From: Squalus acanthias
Taxonomy: Eukaryota
Assembly: GCA_030390025.1 (NCBI GenBank)
Contig: CM059441.1
Coordinates: 13,640,001-13,704,000 of the forward strand
Length of the DNA: 64,000 nucleotides
Direction: 5' to 3'
Every line of letters begins with the position of its first letter. Position 1 is the first letter of the stretch. The position numbers and the translations under genes were made by a program. This document shows positions 41,435 to 55,495 of this stretch, piece after piece. The notes under the pieces were generated by a model. It did not search any database and was not told the DNA's origin. It was given only the letters and a program-made list of their open reading frames with translations.

Positions 41435-43575
41435 CTGACAAAAGAGCAAAGTTTTAGTCTCCATTAAACAATTAACTGTACTTATGATACTGATTGAAAG
41501 TCCATTTGGCCACGACTCATGTCCCCAACTTCATTCAAAGATCGTTATGCTTCTTAAGGCATCATTAAATACCAATTAGTAAATCTCCGATAGAACTATA
41601 CACGGTCGAGGCGGGGTGGGTGGCGGGGGGATATAAACTAAAAACAAGTCCTGAATTCCATTACGTAAGGCAAAAAAGACCAAGCTCTACAGCAATTACA
41701 AAATCCTCCAGAATAATATTTGTTGCACTACGATAATCAGATAATTCAGATTTAACACTAGTCACCTTGATGAATGGGAATTCTTATCATTTTCAGAGAA
41801 TAAACCCAGCAGTTAAATCAACAAGATCATGCAGTGTAATAATTCTACAATAATTGTCGGGAAGACAAAATGCTTCATTTGTATTAACAATCTATTCTAT
41901 ATCATTGCTCTGGCAACATGGATTAGAAACCATATGCAGATTACACACCATCAAAGTAAAAACATTACTGCCAATGGGGTCAAAGCAAAACCCTCCAATA
42001 GCTGGAGTCAAATCTGCTGTAAAGAAAGATGGTCATGGTTGTTGGAGGCCAATCATCACAGCACCAGGATATCACTGCAGGAGTTGCTCAGGGAAACAAC
42101 CACAACACAACCATCTTCAGCTACTTTATTAATGACCTTCTCTCTGTCATAAGGTCAGGAATGAGACTGTTTGCTGACGATTCCAGTGTTCGGCTCTATT
42201 CATAACTTCTCTGATAAAGAAGCAGCCCATCCCAGCCTACAACACTCCGACTTGAGCTGACAAGTGGCAGGTAACATTCATGCCACATTAGTGCCCGGTA
42301 ACGACTATCTGAAAAAAGAGAAAGCCCAGCCACCTCCCCTTGACCTTCAGTGGCATTACTTTTGCTGAATCCACCGCCATCAACATCTTGAGGGTCACCA
42401 TTGACAAGCTGAACTAGACCTGCTATACCAACACTGTGGCTACAAGAGCAGGGCAGAGATTGGGTACTCTGCGGCACGTGGACTACTTCGTGTCACCTGA
42501 AAGCCTTTCCACCATCTACAAGGCTCAAATCAGCACTTTGATGGAATACTCACCACTCGCCTGGATGGGTACAACCACAACAACATTCAAGAAGCTCAAC
42601 AATATCCAGGGCTTGATTGGCACCCTTGCAACTGAACTCAAACTCCACCCCCTCCATCACCGGTTCATTGTGGCTGGGGTATGCACAATCTACACGATAC
42701 ACTGCAACCACTCACCAAGGCTGTCTCAACAGCACTGCCCTCCCATGTGACCTCTATACCAAGAAGGACAAGAGCAACAATGTTGTGGGAATATCATCAC
42801 CTCCAATACACCATCCATTCTAACTTGGTAATTAATCACTGCCTAGATTGGAAACTAAAAATATTAAAATCTAAGAGTATATTGTACCCTTGTACCTGGG
42901 AAGGGAACTATTTGTTGTGTGGTGATGTAGAACACCTCTAAGCTAACTGGTGCCAGGTAAAACTGGAACACATGGTACCTCGGGAAGCGGGTCAGCCTGC
43001 AAATGTGTAGTTCAGGCACAGTAACAGGAATGTACTTGTAATTGTGGTTACTTTTCAATAATCAGCAGATCGTTAGTGGGAGAATCATTGGGGGCCATTC
43101 CTAATCTAGCCTGGCGGGAAACCTAGAAGATCGTATCAGCCACCCATTTTAAACCCCACCTGATTTTACATTCAGGGTTGTGCATCAAAATACAAACTTG
43201 TACCATTTTGTGCACAAAAAGCAAAACTGTAGAATTTTAACATTTTTTTCATGGAGAAAACCTCCCCATCAAGTTGGCTTCAGCATCTCCGAGTGAATGA
43301 AGAAAAAAGTGGTTCCCACTCCTGATCACTAACCATTAGTTCCAGCTTAAGGCTTGTTTACTCTAATTGAAGAAACAATCAGGAGTCAGTACGGTGGATC
43401 CTATGGTTAAGTTTCATGTCAACATTCACTGTTCAAACTCTAAGAACGGCCTCTTGGGTGAGATACTGAAGGTTGCTTGCGCTGAGAGAACTGCACTCCA
43501 GCACAAGTCACTTCCTTTAGGAGAGGATGCACAAAGTGAATTAGTAGAGAAAATAAAGTTACCCGAATCACTTAC

Positions 43576-43767
43576 GTTCACAAATGGCCTGTAATGGTGT
43601 CCAAGTTGAATCAACCTGACAGGTAATAGAGGTTGAATTTTTGTCTTTCAGTGTGTAGCCCGTATAACAACTGTAATTAACTTCAGTACCAACAGCAAAT
43701 GAGGTCCGAGAAATTAATTCCTCAGTTGGTGAGCCATTTTCCAATTCTGGAAGTTTGCCACAGGAAC
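43576..43767 (-). CDS. CCP exon type B (B4)
   Basis: 192 nt, open (ELENG/FAVG variant). Confidence 0.88.
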
Positions 43768-43902
43768 CTTTAAACATAAGGAGACAAAATTGTGCAAAAA
43801 TAAAATTAAGTGTGAAGCTTGAATATGAGGTGGATTATGTACAGTACATCAAACAGTTCACAATCGCAGAGAGTTTACACAGAATCAGTGGACAAAGATA
43901 TT

Positions 43903-44638
43903 GGGCCGAAAATTGATCCCGGGACGCGAGAGTACGCACTGCATACTCTCGCATATTCCCACTCCAATTGCCGGTTTTCTGCATGCCCTGCGCATGCGCT
44001 GAAAACCGGCAATTGCTCTTCTGAAAAGGGGGCGGGGCCTGGGTGCATCGCGTGCGCGCTACAGGCTGCGCGCACGCTGTGCACTTCATGCTTTGGACGC
44101 GCAGGTAAGATTTTGGAAATGTAAAAAGGAGGAGTAAGACCCGCTTTTAAGAAGGTAAGTAGTGAATTAAGTATTTTTTTGAATTTTTTTTTACAGGTAT
44201 ATCTTTTTTATAGACTTTAAAGACAGGTAAGTTTATTTTTATAACTTTTTAAAAGATTTAAAATTTTTTCAAAAATTTAATTTTTTATTTAAAATGGTTA
44301 ATTTAATTAACTATACTTATTTTATTAATGTGATGGTTTCTTTTTTTAATTTAATTGAGGTTTAGCTGTTATTTTGGGGGGGTGTAAGATTCATAAGTCT
44401 CACAGCCATGCTGTGAGACTTATGAATGGAAGATGGTGTGCTGCCATTGGCTCTAACTGAGTCACGTGATCCCACAGCTCGCACGAATTCACTACGCCGC
44501 TGGGATACGCAAGCCCAGCACAGCTGATGTCTGGAACATCAAGTTCGTGCGAGCTGGATCAGAAAAAGCATAAGCGAGGTGAGACATCGCGGGGAAGGCT
44601 TACCCCCGCGGGAACAGAGCGAGATCAATTTCTGGGCC
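43903..44638. mobile_element. 736-bp non-autonomous DNA transposon (MITE), possibly PIF/Harbinger-type
   Basis: 3-bp TSD ATT (43900-43902, 44639-44641). Imperfect TIRs gggccgaaaattgatc / gatcaatttctgggcc. Empty site gatattctgagc at about 55625. Confidence 0.8.
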
Positions 44639-45113
44639 ATTCTGAGCTAAGAATACATTTGGTAGTATTAGTGGACAGGCGTTTAATACTCCTCTGTCCA
44701 CATTTATGAGGTAAGTTCAGTTTATTTATGGAAATTTATGTTTATGTAACATTGTATAATGTGGTAAACTCACTAACAGTGCACTAAACCTTCCACTTCT
44801 GTGCGCCTGTCGGATGCTGGGAGGACACATCAGGAAATTGTGTCCATTATTTTGCATCCATTAATTTTAAGAAGAATTACATTTACGGTGAAGTATTGCA
44901 ATGTGGAAAGTGGTGGTGTTGCTGGTGACGGGGGACGGTATCCTGAGGGCACATTGATTTGTTTTTCTTGCAGTTTAAAAAAATGAAATGTGCCAATACC
45001 AACTGGGAAAAATCAATCCCAACATTCAGGCGCTAACATAGTTTCAACAGATTGCAAAAAGCTCCACCCACATCCTTTGATTCCATTCTCAAGTTTAAGG
45101 AATGGTTACTCAC

Positions 45114-45299
45114 GTGGTCTGCAGGTTGGTGGTGGTGGTACAAATGTGTTGTTCTCACTACATTCAATGACATTGTTGCCAACCATTTCATAGCCTTCAT
45201 TACAGCTGTAGGTGATCGTCTCCTGATGTTTGTATGTCGGTCCAAATCCTGTGACTATGCGACCATTTGTGAGCAGTTCAGGAGATTGACATCCAACAA
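45114..45299 (-). CDS. CCP exon type A (A15)
   Basis: 186 nt, open. Confidence 0.9.
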
Positions 45300-47440
45300 C
45301 TGACAAAAGAGCAATGTTTTAGTCTCCATTAAACAATTAACTGTACTTATGATACTGATTGAAAGTCCATTTGGCCCACGACTCATGTCCCCAACTTCAT
45401 TCAAATATCGTTATGCTTCTTAAGGCATCATTAAATACCAATTAGTAAATCTCCGATAGAACTATACACGGTCGTGGCGGGGGGATATAAACTAAAAACA
45501 AATCCTGAATTCCATTCCATTACATAAGCAATAAATCAAGGGGCAAAAAAGACCAACTTCTACAGCAATTACAAAATCCTCCAGAATAATATTTGTTGCA
45601 CTACGATAATCAGATAATTCAAAATTAACACATTTCACCTTGATGAATGGGAATTCTTATCATTTTCAGAGAATAAACTCAGCAGTTAAATCAACAAGAT
45701 CATGCAGTGTAATAATTCTACAATAATTGTCGGGAAGACAAAATGCTTCGTTTGTATTAACAATCTATTCTATATCATTGCTCTGGCAACATGGATTAGA
45801 AACCATATGCAGATTACACACCATCAAAGTAAAAACATTACTGCCAATGGGGTCAAAGCAAAACCCTCCAATAGCTGGAGTCAAATCTGCTGCACAGAAA
45901 GATGGTCATGGTTGTTGGAGGCCAATCATCAAAGCACAAGGATATCACTGCAGGAGTTGCTCAGGGAAACAACCTCAACCCAACCATCTTCAGCTACTTT
46001 ATTAATGACCTTCTCTCTGTCATAAGGTCAGGAATGAGACTGTTTGCTGACGATTCCAGTGTTCGGCTCTATTCATAACTTCTCTGATAAAGAAGCAGCC
46101 CATCCCAGCCTACAACACTCCGACTTGAGCTGACAAGTGGCAGGTAACATTCATGCCACATTAGTGCCAGGTAATGACTATCTGAAAAAAGAGAAAGCCC
46201 AGCCACCTCCCCTTGACCTTCAGTGGCATTACTTTTGCTGAATCCACCGCCATCAACATCTTGAGGGTCACCATTGACAAGCTGAACTAGACCTGCTATA
46301 CCAACACTGTGGCTACAAGAGCAGGGCAGAGATTGGGTACTCTGCAGCACGTGTACTACTTCCTGTCACCTGAAAGCCTTTCCACCATCTACAAGGCTCA
46401 AATCAGCACTTTGATGGAATACTCACCACTCGCCTGGATGGGTACAACCACAACAACATTCAAGAAGCTCAACAATATCCAGGGCTTGATTGGCACCCTT
46501 GCCACTGAACTCAAACTCCACCCCCTCCATCACCGGTTCATTGTGGCTGGGGTATGCACAATCTACACGATACACTGCAACTACTCACCAAGGCTGTCTC
46601 AACAGCACTGCCCTCCCATGTGACCTCTATACCAAGAAGGACAAGAGCAACAATGTTGTGGGAATACAATCATCTCCAAGACACACTCCATTCTAACTTG
46701 GTAATCACTGCCTAGATTGGAAACTAAAAATATTAAAATCTAAGAGTATATTGTACCCTTGTACCTAGGAAGGGAACTATTTGTTGTGTGGTGATGTAGA
46801 ACACCTCTAAGCTAACTGGTGCCAGGTAAAACTGGAACACATGGTACCTCGGGAAGCGGGTCAGCCTGCAAATGTGTAGTTCAGGCACAGTAACAGGAAT
46901 GTACTTGTAATTGTGGTTACTTTTCAATAATCAGCAGATCGTTAGTGGGAGAATCATTGGGGGCCATTCCTAATCTAGCCTGGCGGGAAACCTAGAAGAT
47001 CGTATCAGCCACCCATTTTAAACCCCACCTGATTTTACATTCAGGGTTGTCAAAATACAAACTTGTACCATTTTGTGCACAAAAAATGAAAATGTAGAAT
47101 TTTAACATTTTTTTCATGAAGAAAACCTCCCCATCAAGTTGGCTTCAGCATCTCCGAGTGAATGAAGAAAAAAGTGGTTCCCACTCCTGATCACTAACCA
47201 TTAGTTCCAGCTTAAGGCTTGTTTACTCTAATTGAAGAAACAATCAGGAGTCAGTACGGTGGATCCTATGGTTAAGTTTCATGCCAACATTCACTGTTCA
47301 AACTCTAAGAACGGCCTCTTGGGTGAGATACTGAAGGTTGCTTGCGCTGAGAGAACTGCACTCCAGCACAAGTCACTTCCTTTAGCAGAGGATGGACAAA
47401 GTGAATTAGTAGAGAAAGTAAAGTTACCCTCATCACTTAC

Positions 47441-47632
47441 GTTCACAAATGGCCTGTAATGGTGTCCAAGTTGAATCAACCTGACAGGTAACAGATGTTG
47501 AATTTTTGTCTTTCAGTGTGTAGCCCGTATAACAACTGTAAGTAACTTCAGTACCCACAACAAATGAGGTCCGAGAAATTAATTCCTCAGTTGGTGAGCC
47601 ATTTTCCAATTCTGGAAGCTTGCCACAGGAGC
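47441..47632 (-). CDS. CCP exon type B (B5)
   Basis: 192 nt, acceptor tttacag, open. Confidence 0.9.
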
Positions 47633-48618
47633 CTGTAAACATAAGGAGATCAAAATTGTGACTGGCGAAATCTAGCAGAGTGTGCAAAAATAAAATTAAT
47701 TGTGAAGCTTGAATATGAGGTGGATTATGTACAGTACATCAAACAGTTCACAATCGCAGAGGGTTTACACAGAATCAGTGGATAAAGCTATTCTGAGCTA
47801 AGAATACATTAGGCAGTATTAGTGGACGGACGTTTAATACTCCTCTGTCCACATTTATGAAGTAAATTCTGTTTGTTTATGGAAATTTATGTTTATGTAA
47901 CATTGTATAATGTGGCAAACTCACTAACAGTGCACTAAATCTTCCACTTCTGTGCTCCTGGTGGATGCTGGGAGGATACATCAGGAAATTGTGCCCATGA
48001 TTTTGCATCCATTAATTTTAAGAAGCATTACATTTATGGTGAAGTATTGCAATGTGGAAAGTGGTGGTGTTGCTGGTGACGGGCGGTGGGTATCCTGAGG
48101 GCACCAAAGAGGAGCAGACAGCTCAGGGGAGTTGACGAGTTCTTCAGATCAGGAGGCCAAGTGGACCGCCTGATATTGTGGCAGCCCAGAACTGGCCGCC
48201 TGCATTGGTGGGGCTTGTACGGCAGAGATAGCCCACTGTTACAATGCAAAGGAGGCCAGGCCGCCTGCCACGACTCCTGAGCGGACGGTCGCACGTACTG
48301 CCTGCCAGCCACCGGAATTCCACTCGGGTGGTGGGGGGGTGGGGGTGGAATTCACCCCTGTATGAGCGTTTATGACCAGACATGATAAAAGGGGACAATG
48401 TGTGGCGTTAAAGCATTAAGTTTCCTCTGCTCATTGGGTCACAGAATGTATTCCAATTTCATTTTTCAAAACTGCAAGAAAAAAAATCAATGTGCCAACC
48501 AATGCCAAGTGGGAAAAATCAATCCCAACATTCAGGGATTAACATAGTTTCAACAGATTGCAATAGGTCCACCCACATCTTTAGATTCTATTCTCAAGTT
48601 TAAGGAATGGTTACTCAC

Positions 48619-48804
48619 GTGGTCTGCAGGTTGGTGGTGATGGTACAAATGTGTCGTTCTCACTACATTCAATGACACTGTTGCCAACCATTTCATAACC
48701 TTCATTACAGCTGTAGGTGATCGTCTCCTGATGTTTGTATGTCGGTCCAAATCCTGTGACTATGCGACCATTTGTGGGCAGTTCAGGAGATTGACATCCA
48801 ACAA
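48619..48804 (-). CDS. CCP exon type A (A16)
   Basis: 186 nt, open (ENDTFVPSPP variant). Confidence 0.9.
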
Positions 48805-50945
48805 CTGACAAAAGAGCAATGTTTCAGTCTCCATTAAACAATTAACTGTACTTATGATACTGATTGAAAGTCCATTTGGCCCACGACTCATGTCCCCAAC
48901 TTCATTCAAATATCGTTATGCTTCTTAAGGCATCATTAAATACCAATTAGTAAATCTCCGATAGAACTATACACGGTCGTGGCGGGGGGATATAAACTAA
49001 AAACAAGTCCTGAATTCCATTCCATTACATAAGCAATAAATCAAGGGGCAAAAAAGACCAACTTCTACAGCAATTACAAAATCCTCCAGAATAATATTTG
49101 TTGCACTACGATAATCAGATAATTCAAAATTAACACATTTCACCTTGATGAATGGGAATTCTTATCATTTTCAGAGAATAAACTCAGCAGTTAAATCAAC
49201 AAGATCATGCAGTGTAATAATTCTACAATAATTGTCGGGAAGACAAAATGCTTCGTTTGTATTAACAATCTATTCTATATCATTGCTCTGGCAACATGGA
49301 TTAGAAACCATATGCAGATTACACACCATCAAAGTAAAAACATTACTGCCAATGGGGTCAAAGCAAAACCCTCCAATAGCTGGAGTCAAATCTGCTGCAC
49401 AGAAAGATGGTCATGGTTGTTGGAGGCCAATCATCAAAGCACAAGGATATCACTGCAGGAGTTGCTCAGGGAAACAACCTCAACCCAACCATCTTCAGCT
49501 ACTTTATTAATGACCTTCTCTCTGTCATAAGGTCAGGAATGAGACTGTTTGCTGACGATTCCAGTGTTCGGCTCTATTCATAACTTCTCTGATAAAGAAG
49601 CAGCCCATCCCAGCCTACAACACTCCGACTTGAGCTGACAAGTGGCAGGTAACATTCATGCCACATTAGTGCCAGGTAATGACTATCTGAAAAAAGAGAA
49701 AGCCCAGCCACCTCCCCTTGACCTTCAGTGGCATTACTTTTGCTGAATCCACCGCCATCAACATCTTGAGGGTCACCATTGACAAGCTGAACTAGACCTG
49801 CTATACCAACACTGTGGCTACAAGAGCAGGGCAGAGATTGGGTACTCTGCAGCACGTGTACTACTTCCTGTCACCTGAAAGCCTTTCCACCATCTACAAG
49901 GCTCAAATCAGCACTTTGATGGAATACTCACCACTCGCCTGGATGGGTACAACCACAACAACATTCAAGAAGCTCAACAATATCCAGGGCTTGATTGGCA
50001 CCCTTGCCACTGAACTCAAACTCCACCCCCTCCATCACCGGTTCATTGTGGCTGGGGTATGCACAATCTACACGATACACTGCAACTACTCACCAAGGCT
50101 GTCTCAACAGCACTGCCCTCCCATGTGACCTCTATACCAAGAAGGACAAGAGCAACAATGTTGTGGGAATACAATCATCTCCAAGACACACTCCATTCTA
50201 ACTTGGTAATCACTGCCTAGATTGGAAACTAAAAATATTAAAATCTAAGAGTATATTGTACCCTTGTACCTAGGAAGGGAACTATTTGTTGTGTGGTGAT
50301 GTAGAACACCTCTAAGCTAACTGGTGCCAGGTAAAACTGGAACACATGGTACCTCGGGAAGCGGGTCAGCCTGCAAATGTGTAGTTCAGGCACAGTAACA
50401 GGAATGTACTTGTAATTGTGGTTACTTTTCAATAATCAGCAGATCGTTAGTGGGAGAATCATTGGGGGCCATTCCTAATCTAGCCTGGCGGGAAACCTAG
50501 AAGATCGTATCAGCCACCCATTTTAAACCCCACCTGATTTTACATTCAGGGTTGTCAAAATACAAACTTGTACCATTTTGTGCACAAAAAATGAAAATGT
50601 AGAATTTTAACATTTTTTTCATGAAGAAAACCTCCCCATCAAGTTGGCTTCAGCATCTCCGAGTGAATGAAGAAAAAAGTGGTTCCCACTCCTGATCACT
50701 AACCATTAGTTCCAGCTTAAGGCTTGTTTACTCTAATTGAAGAAACAATCAGGAGTCAGTACGGTGGATCCTATGGTTAAGTTTCATGCCAACATTCACT
50801 GTTCAAACTCTAAGAACGGCCTCTTGGGTGAGATACTGAAGGTTGCTTGCGCTGAGAGAACTGCACTCCAGCACAAGTCACTTCCTTTAGCAGAGGATGG
50901 ACAAAGTGAATTAGTAGAGAAAGTAAAGTTACCCTCATCACTTAC

Positions 50946-51137
50946 GTTCACAAATGGCCTGTAATGGTGTCCAAGTTGAATCAACCTGACAGGTAACAGA
51001 TGTTGAATTTTTGTCTTTCAGTGTGTAGCCCGTATAACAACTGTAAGTAACTTCAGTACCCACAACAAATGAGGTCCGAGAAATTAATTCCTCAGTTGGT
51101 GAGCCATTTTCCAATTCTGGAAGCTTGCCACAGGAGC
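50946..51137 (-). CDS. CCP exon type B (B6)
   Basis: 192 nt, same as B5. Confidence 0.9.
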
Positions 51138-52123
51138 CTGTAAACATAAGGAGATCAAAATTGTGACTGGCGAAATCTAGCAGAGTGTGCAAAAATAAAA
51201 TTAATTGTGAAGCTTGAATATGAGGTGGATTATGTACAGTACATCAAACAGTTCACAATCGCAGAGGGTTTACACAGAATCAGTGGATAAAGCTATTCTG
51301 AGCTAAGAATACATTAGGCAGTATTAGTGGACGGACGTTTAATACTCCTCTGTCCACATTTATGAAGTAAATTCTGTTTGTTTATGGAAATTTATGTTTA
51401 TGTAACATTGTATAATGTGGCAAACTCACTAACAGTGCACTAAATCTTCCACTTCTGTGCTCCTGGTGGATGCTGGGAGGATACATCAGGAAATTGTGCC
51501 CATGATTTTGCATCCATTAATTTTAAGAAGCATTACATTTATGGTGAAGTATTGCAATGTGGAAAGTGGTGGTGTTGCTGGTGACGGGCGGTGGGTATCC
51601 TGAGGGCACCAAAGAGGAGCAGACAGCTCAGGGGAGTTGACGAGTTCTTCAGATCAGGAGGCCAAGTGGACCGCCTGATATTGTGGCAGCCCAGAACTGG
51701 CCGCCTGCATTGGTGGGGCTTGTACGGCAGAGATAGCCCACTGTTACAATGCAAAGGAGGCCAGGCCGCCTGCCACGACTCCTGAGCGGACGGTCGCACG
51801 TACTGCCTGCCAGCCACCGGAATTCCACTCGGGTGGTGGGGGGGTGGGGGTGGAATTCACCCCTGTATGAGCGTTTATGACCAGACATGATAAAAGGGGA
51901 CAATGTGTGGCGTTAAAGCATTAAGTTTCCTCTGCTCATTGGGTCACAGAATGTATTCCAATTTCATTTTTCAAAACTGCAAGAAAAAAAATCAATGTGC
52001 CAACCAATGCCAAGTGGGAAAAATCAATCCCAACATTCAGGGATTAACATAGTTTCAACAGATTGCAATAGGTCCACCCACATCTTTAGATTCTATTCTC
52101 AAGTTTAAGGAATGGTTACTCAC

Positions 52124-52309
52124 GTGGTCTGCAGGTTGGTGGTGATGGTACAAATGTGTCGTTCTCACTACATTCAATGACACTGTTGCCAACCATTTCA
52201 TAACCTTCATTACAGCTGTAGGTGATCGTCTCCTGATGTTTGTATGTCGGTCCAAATCCTGTGACTATGTGGCCATTTGTGAGCAGTTCAGGAGATTGAC
52301 ATCCAACAA
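52124..52309 (-). CDS. CCP exon type A (A17)
   Basis: 186 nt, open. Confidence 0.9.
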
Positions 52310-55303
52310 CTGACAAGAGAGCAAAGTTTTAGTCTTCACTAAGAAACTAACTGTACTTATGATACTGAATGAAAGTCTATCGGGCCCACTGCGCCTGTTC
52401 CCATCTTCATCGAAATAACATTATGCTTGTTGAGGAATCATTAAAAATCAATTAGTAAATGTCTGACTTCACTGTATTCTCAACTAAATTGTTCCAACTG
52501 TGTATCATATTTTGAATTATAGGCCCCTAAGCTTTCAAATTCCCTCCCTAAACTTCGCCCCACTCTATCTTCCTTAAAGACGCTCACTAAAATCTACCTC
52601 TTCGAAGAAGCTTTTGGTCACCTGTCTTAATATCTCCTTATGTAGCTCGATGACTTGCCAGTAGAACCTGAGGGGGGTGGAGGAAATTGTTTTCTAAAGG
52701 TTTAATTTTCTTTAAAGTTTAGTGTGGGTGATGGAGAGCGAGTATGATAACAAGGGGGAGGCGGAGGGAGGGGGGGGGGTGCATATGGGATGATATTAGG
52801 GTTGTGCAGTCAGGGGCAGAGAAGGAGGCAGTGTAGTAGGACCAGTGGAGAACAGGTGAGAAGCGGAGTGGGGTGTTGGGGGAGAAAGGGTGATGACCAA
52901 GAGAGAATACTGTCAGTTTCCCACTGCTGAGAAACTGGCAAAAATAATGAAGTAGCCAACAAGGCCCATCCCTCATTTATGAAACCAGTGGCCCAATTCT
53001 CTTCATCGCCTGTCGTGATCTTCCATTGCCCCACTTGGTCTTCCATTGCTCCCCTTCTCTTCGTCACTTCGTGCCTTGCACCAACCGGCAGACCGCACAA
53101 CAACATTGCCCTATTCTGAGTCACCTTTTCCCCAGCCTGCTTCTCCTGCCTGTTTTCTTGCTACTCCTGTTCTACCTCATTCCTCCATCCATACTGCTCC
53201 CACTTTTCGTTCGGCTGGCACTTCCCACCCTCTCCTTACGTCCACTTTCCACTCACTGCCACTTGCACTTTTCCTTTACAAGTCACCTCCACCTCCTAGA
53301 TCTCCCACAGCTCAACTTCACAAAACTACCACATCCTGTCTGCTAAAAATTCATGAAAACTACCACCTCCTAAACTTCCCACCACAACTCTGCTCCCTGC
53401 TCCAACATTACCATTAGCAATATGGCTTGTAGAAGGAGCAGGATTGATTTGATGAACAGCCATCTTTCATTTCACACACGATGTTCCTTTAACATGCAAT
53501 GTTAAATCAAAACATTGAATAATTGTTGCCTCCCTTGCCAACTATTTTCTTTATGGTGAGAGGCTAGGAGCTGTGGAGGAGCGAAGGCATTAAGGTGTCC
53601 AAGTACATAGATCACTGATAACTAGTGCACAGGTACAAAAGGTAAACAAAGAGGTTCACAAAATGTTGGCCTTTATTTCAAGGGGATTGGAATTCAAAAG
53701 TGAGGACGTGATGCTTCAATTTTACAGATCCTTGGCCAACCCTCACTGGAGCACTGCGATCAGTTTTGGGCACTGAACCTCTGTAAAGATATATTGGCCT
53801 TGGAAGGGATATGGTGCAGATTCACCAGAATATCAGGGCCTAAAGCATTAAATTAAGATAGCTTGCATAAATGTTGCCTCTATTCCCGTCAGTTTAGAAG
53901 GTTGACCCGTGATCTTATTGATGATTTTTTAAATGATTTAGGGATTCAAAAGGGTAAATAGAGGGAAATTATTTCCCGTGGTGGTGGAATTTAAACAATG
54001 GGTGCATCAATTAGAGCTGGGCCAGTTAGGAATGAAATGAGGAGGCACCTTTTCCACAGAAATAGTAAATAGTAAATCTGGAACTCAGCCCTATATGTGT
54101 GTTTGTGACCACAAAATTAAGACATGATAAAAGGAACAAATGTATGGCATTAAAGCATTCAGCTTCCTCTGCTCATTGGCTCACTGAAAAATATTCCCCT
54201 TTTTTTTTTGAAGAAAAAATAAATCAATGAGCGAATGCCAAATGGGAAAAATCAATCCCAACATTCAGATATTTACATAGTTTCAACAGGTTTGCAAAAT
54301 GCTCCCCCTACATCTTTTGATTCCATTCTCAAGTTTCTTCAACAGCACTTCCCAAACCCACAACCTCTACCACCAAGAGGGGCAAGAGCAGCAGGTGCCA
54401 TCAGCTCCTAGTTCCCCTCCACAATCTACACGATACACTGCAACCACTCACCAAGGCTGTCTCAACAGCACTGCCCTCCCATGTGACCTCTATACCAAGA
54501 AGGACAAGAGCAACAATGTTGTGGGAATACCATCATCTCCAAGACACACTCCATTCTAACTTGGTAATCGCTGCCTAGATTGGAAACTAAAAATATTAAA
54601 ATCTAAGAGTATATTGTACCCTTGTACCTGGGAAGGGAACTATTTGTTGTGTGGTGATGAAGAACACCTCTAAGCTAACTGGTGCCAGGTAAAACTGGAA
54701 CACATGGTACCTCGGGAAGCGGGTCAGCCTGCAAATGTGTACTTCAGGCACAGTAACAGGAATGTACTTGTAATTGTGGTTACTTGTCAATAATCAGCAG
54801 ATCGTTAGTGGGAGAATCATTGGGGGCCATTCCTAATCTAGCCTGGCGGGAAACCTAGAAGATCGTATCAGCCACCCATTTTAAACCCCACCTGATTTTA
54901 CATTCAGGGTTGTCAAAATACAAACTTGTACCATTTTGTGCACAAAAAATGAAAATGTAGAATTTTAACATTGTTTTCATGAAGAAAACCTCCCCATCAA
55001 GTTGGCTTCAGCATCTCCGAGTGAATGAAGAAAAAAGTGGTTCCCACTCCTGATCACTAACCATTAGTTCCAGCTTAAGGCTTGTTTACTCTAATTGAAG
55101 AAACAATCAGGAGTCAGTACGATGGATCCTATGGTTAAGTTTCATGTCAACATTCACTGTTCAAACTCTAACAACGGCCTCTTGGGTGATATACTGAAGG
55201 TTGCTTGCGCTGAGAGAACTGCACTCCAGCACAAGTCACTTCCTTTAGGAGAGGATGCACAAAGTGAATTAGTAGAGAAAATAAAGTTACCCGAATCACT
55301 TAC

Positions 55304-55495
55304 GTTCACAAATGGCCTGTAATGGTGTCCAAGTTGAATCAACCTGACAGGTAATAGAGGTTGAATTTTTGTCTTTCAGTCTGTAGCCCGTATAACAACT
55401 GTAATTAACTTCAGTACCAACAGCAAATGAGGTCCGAGAAATTAATTCCTCAGTTGGTGAGCCATTTTCCAATTCTGGAAGTTTGCCACAGGAAC
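55304..55495 (-). CDS. CCP exon type B (B7)
   Basis: 192 nt, open; closest to B4. Confidence 0.88.

Larger units (their letters stand above)
45250..52260. repeat. Near-identical 3505-bp tandem duplication (A+B exon unit)
   Basis: Constant 3505 offset of exons (45114/48619/52124; 47441/50946) and identical intronic ORF translations. Confidence 0.9.
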
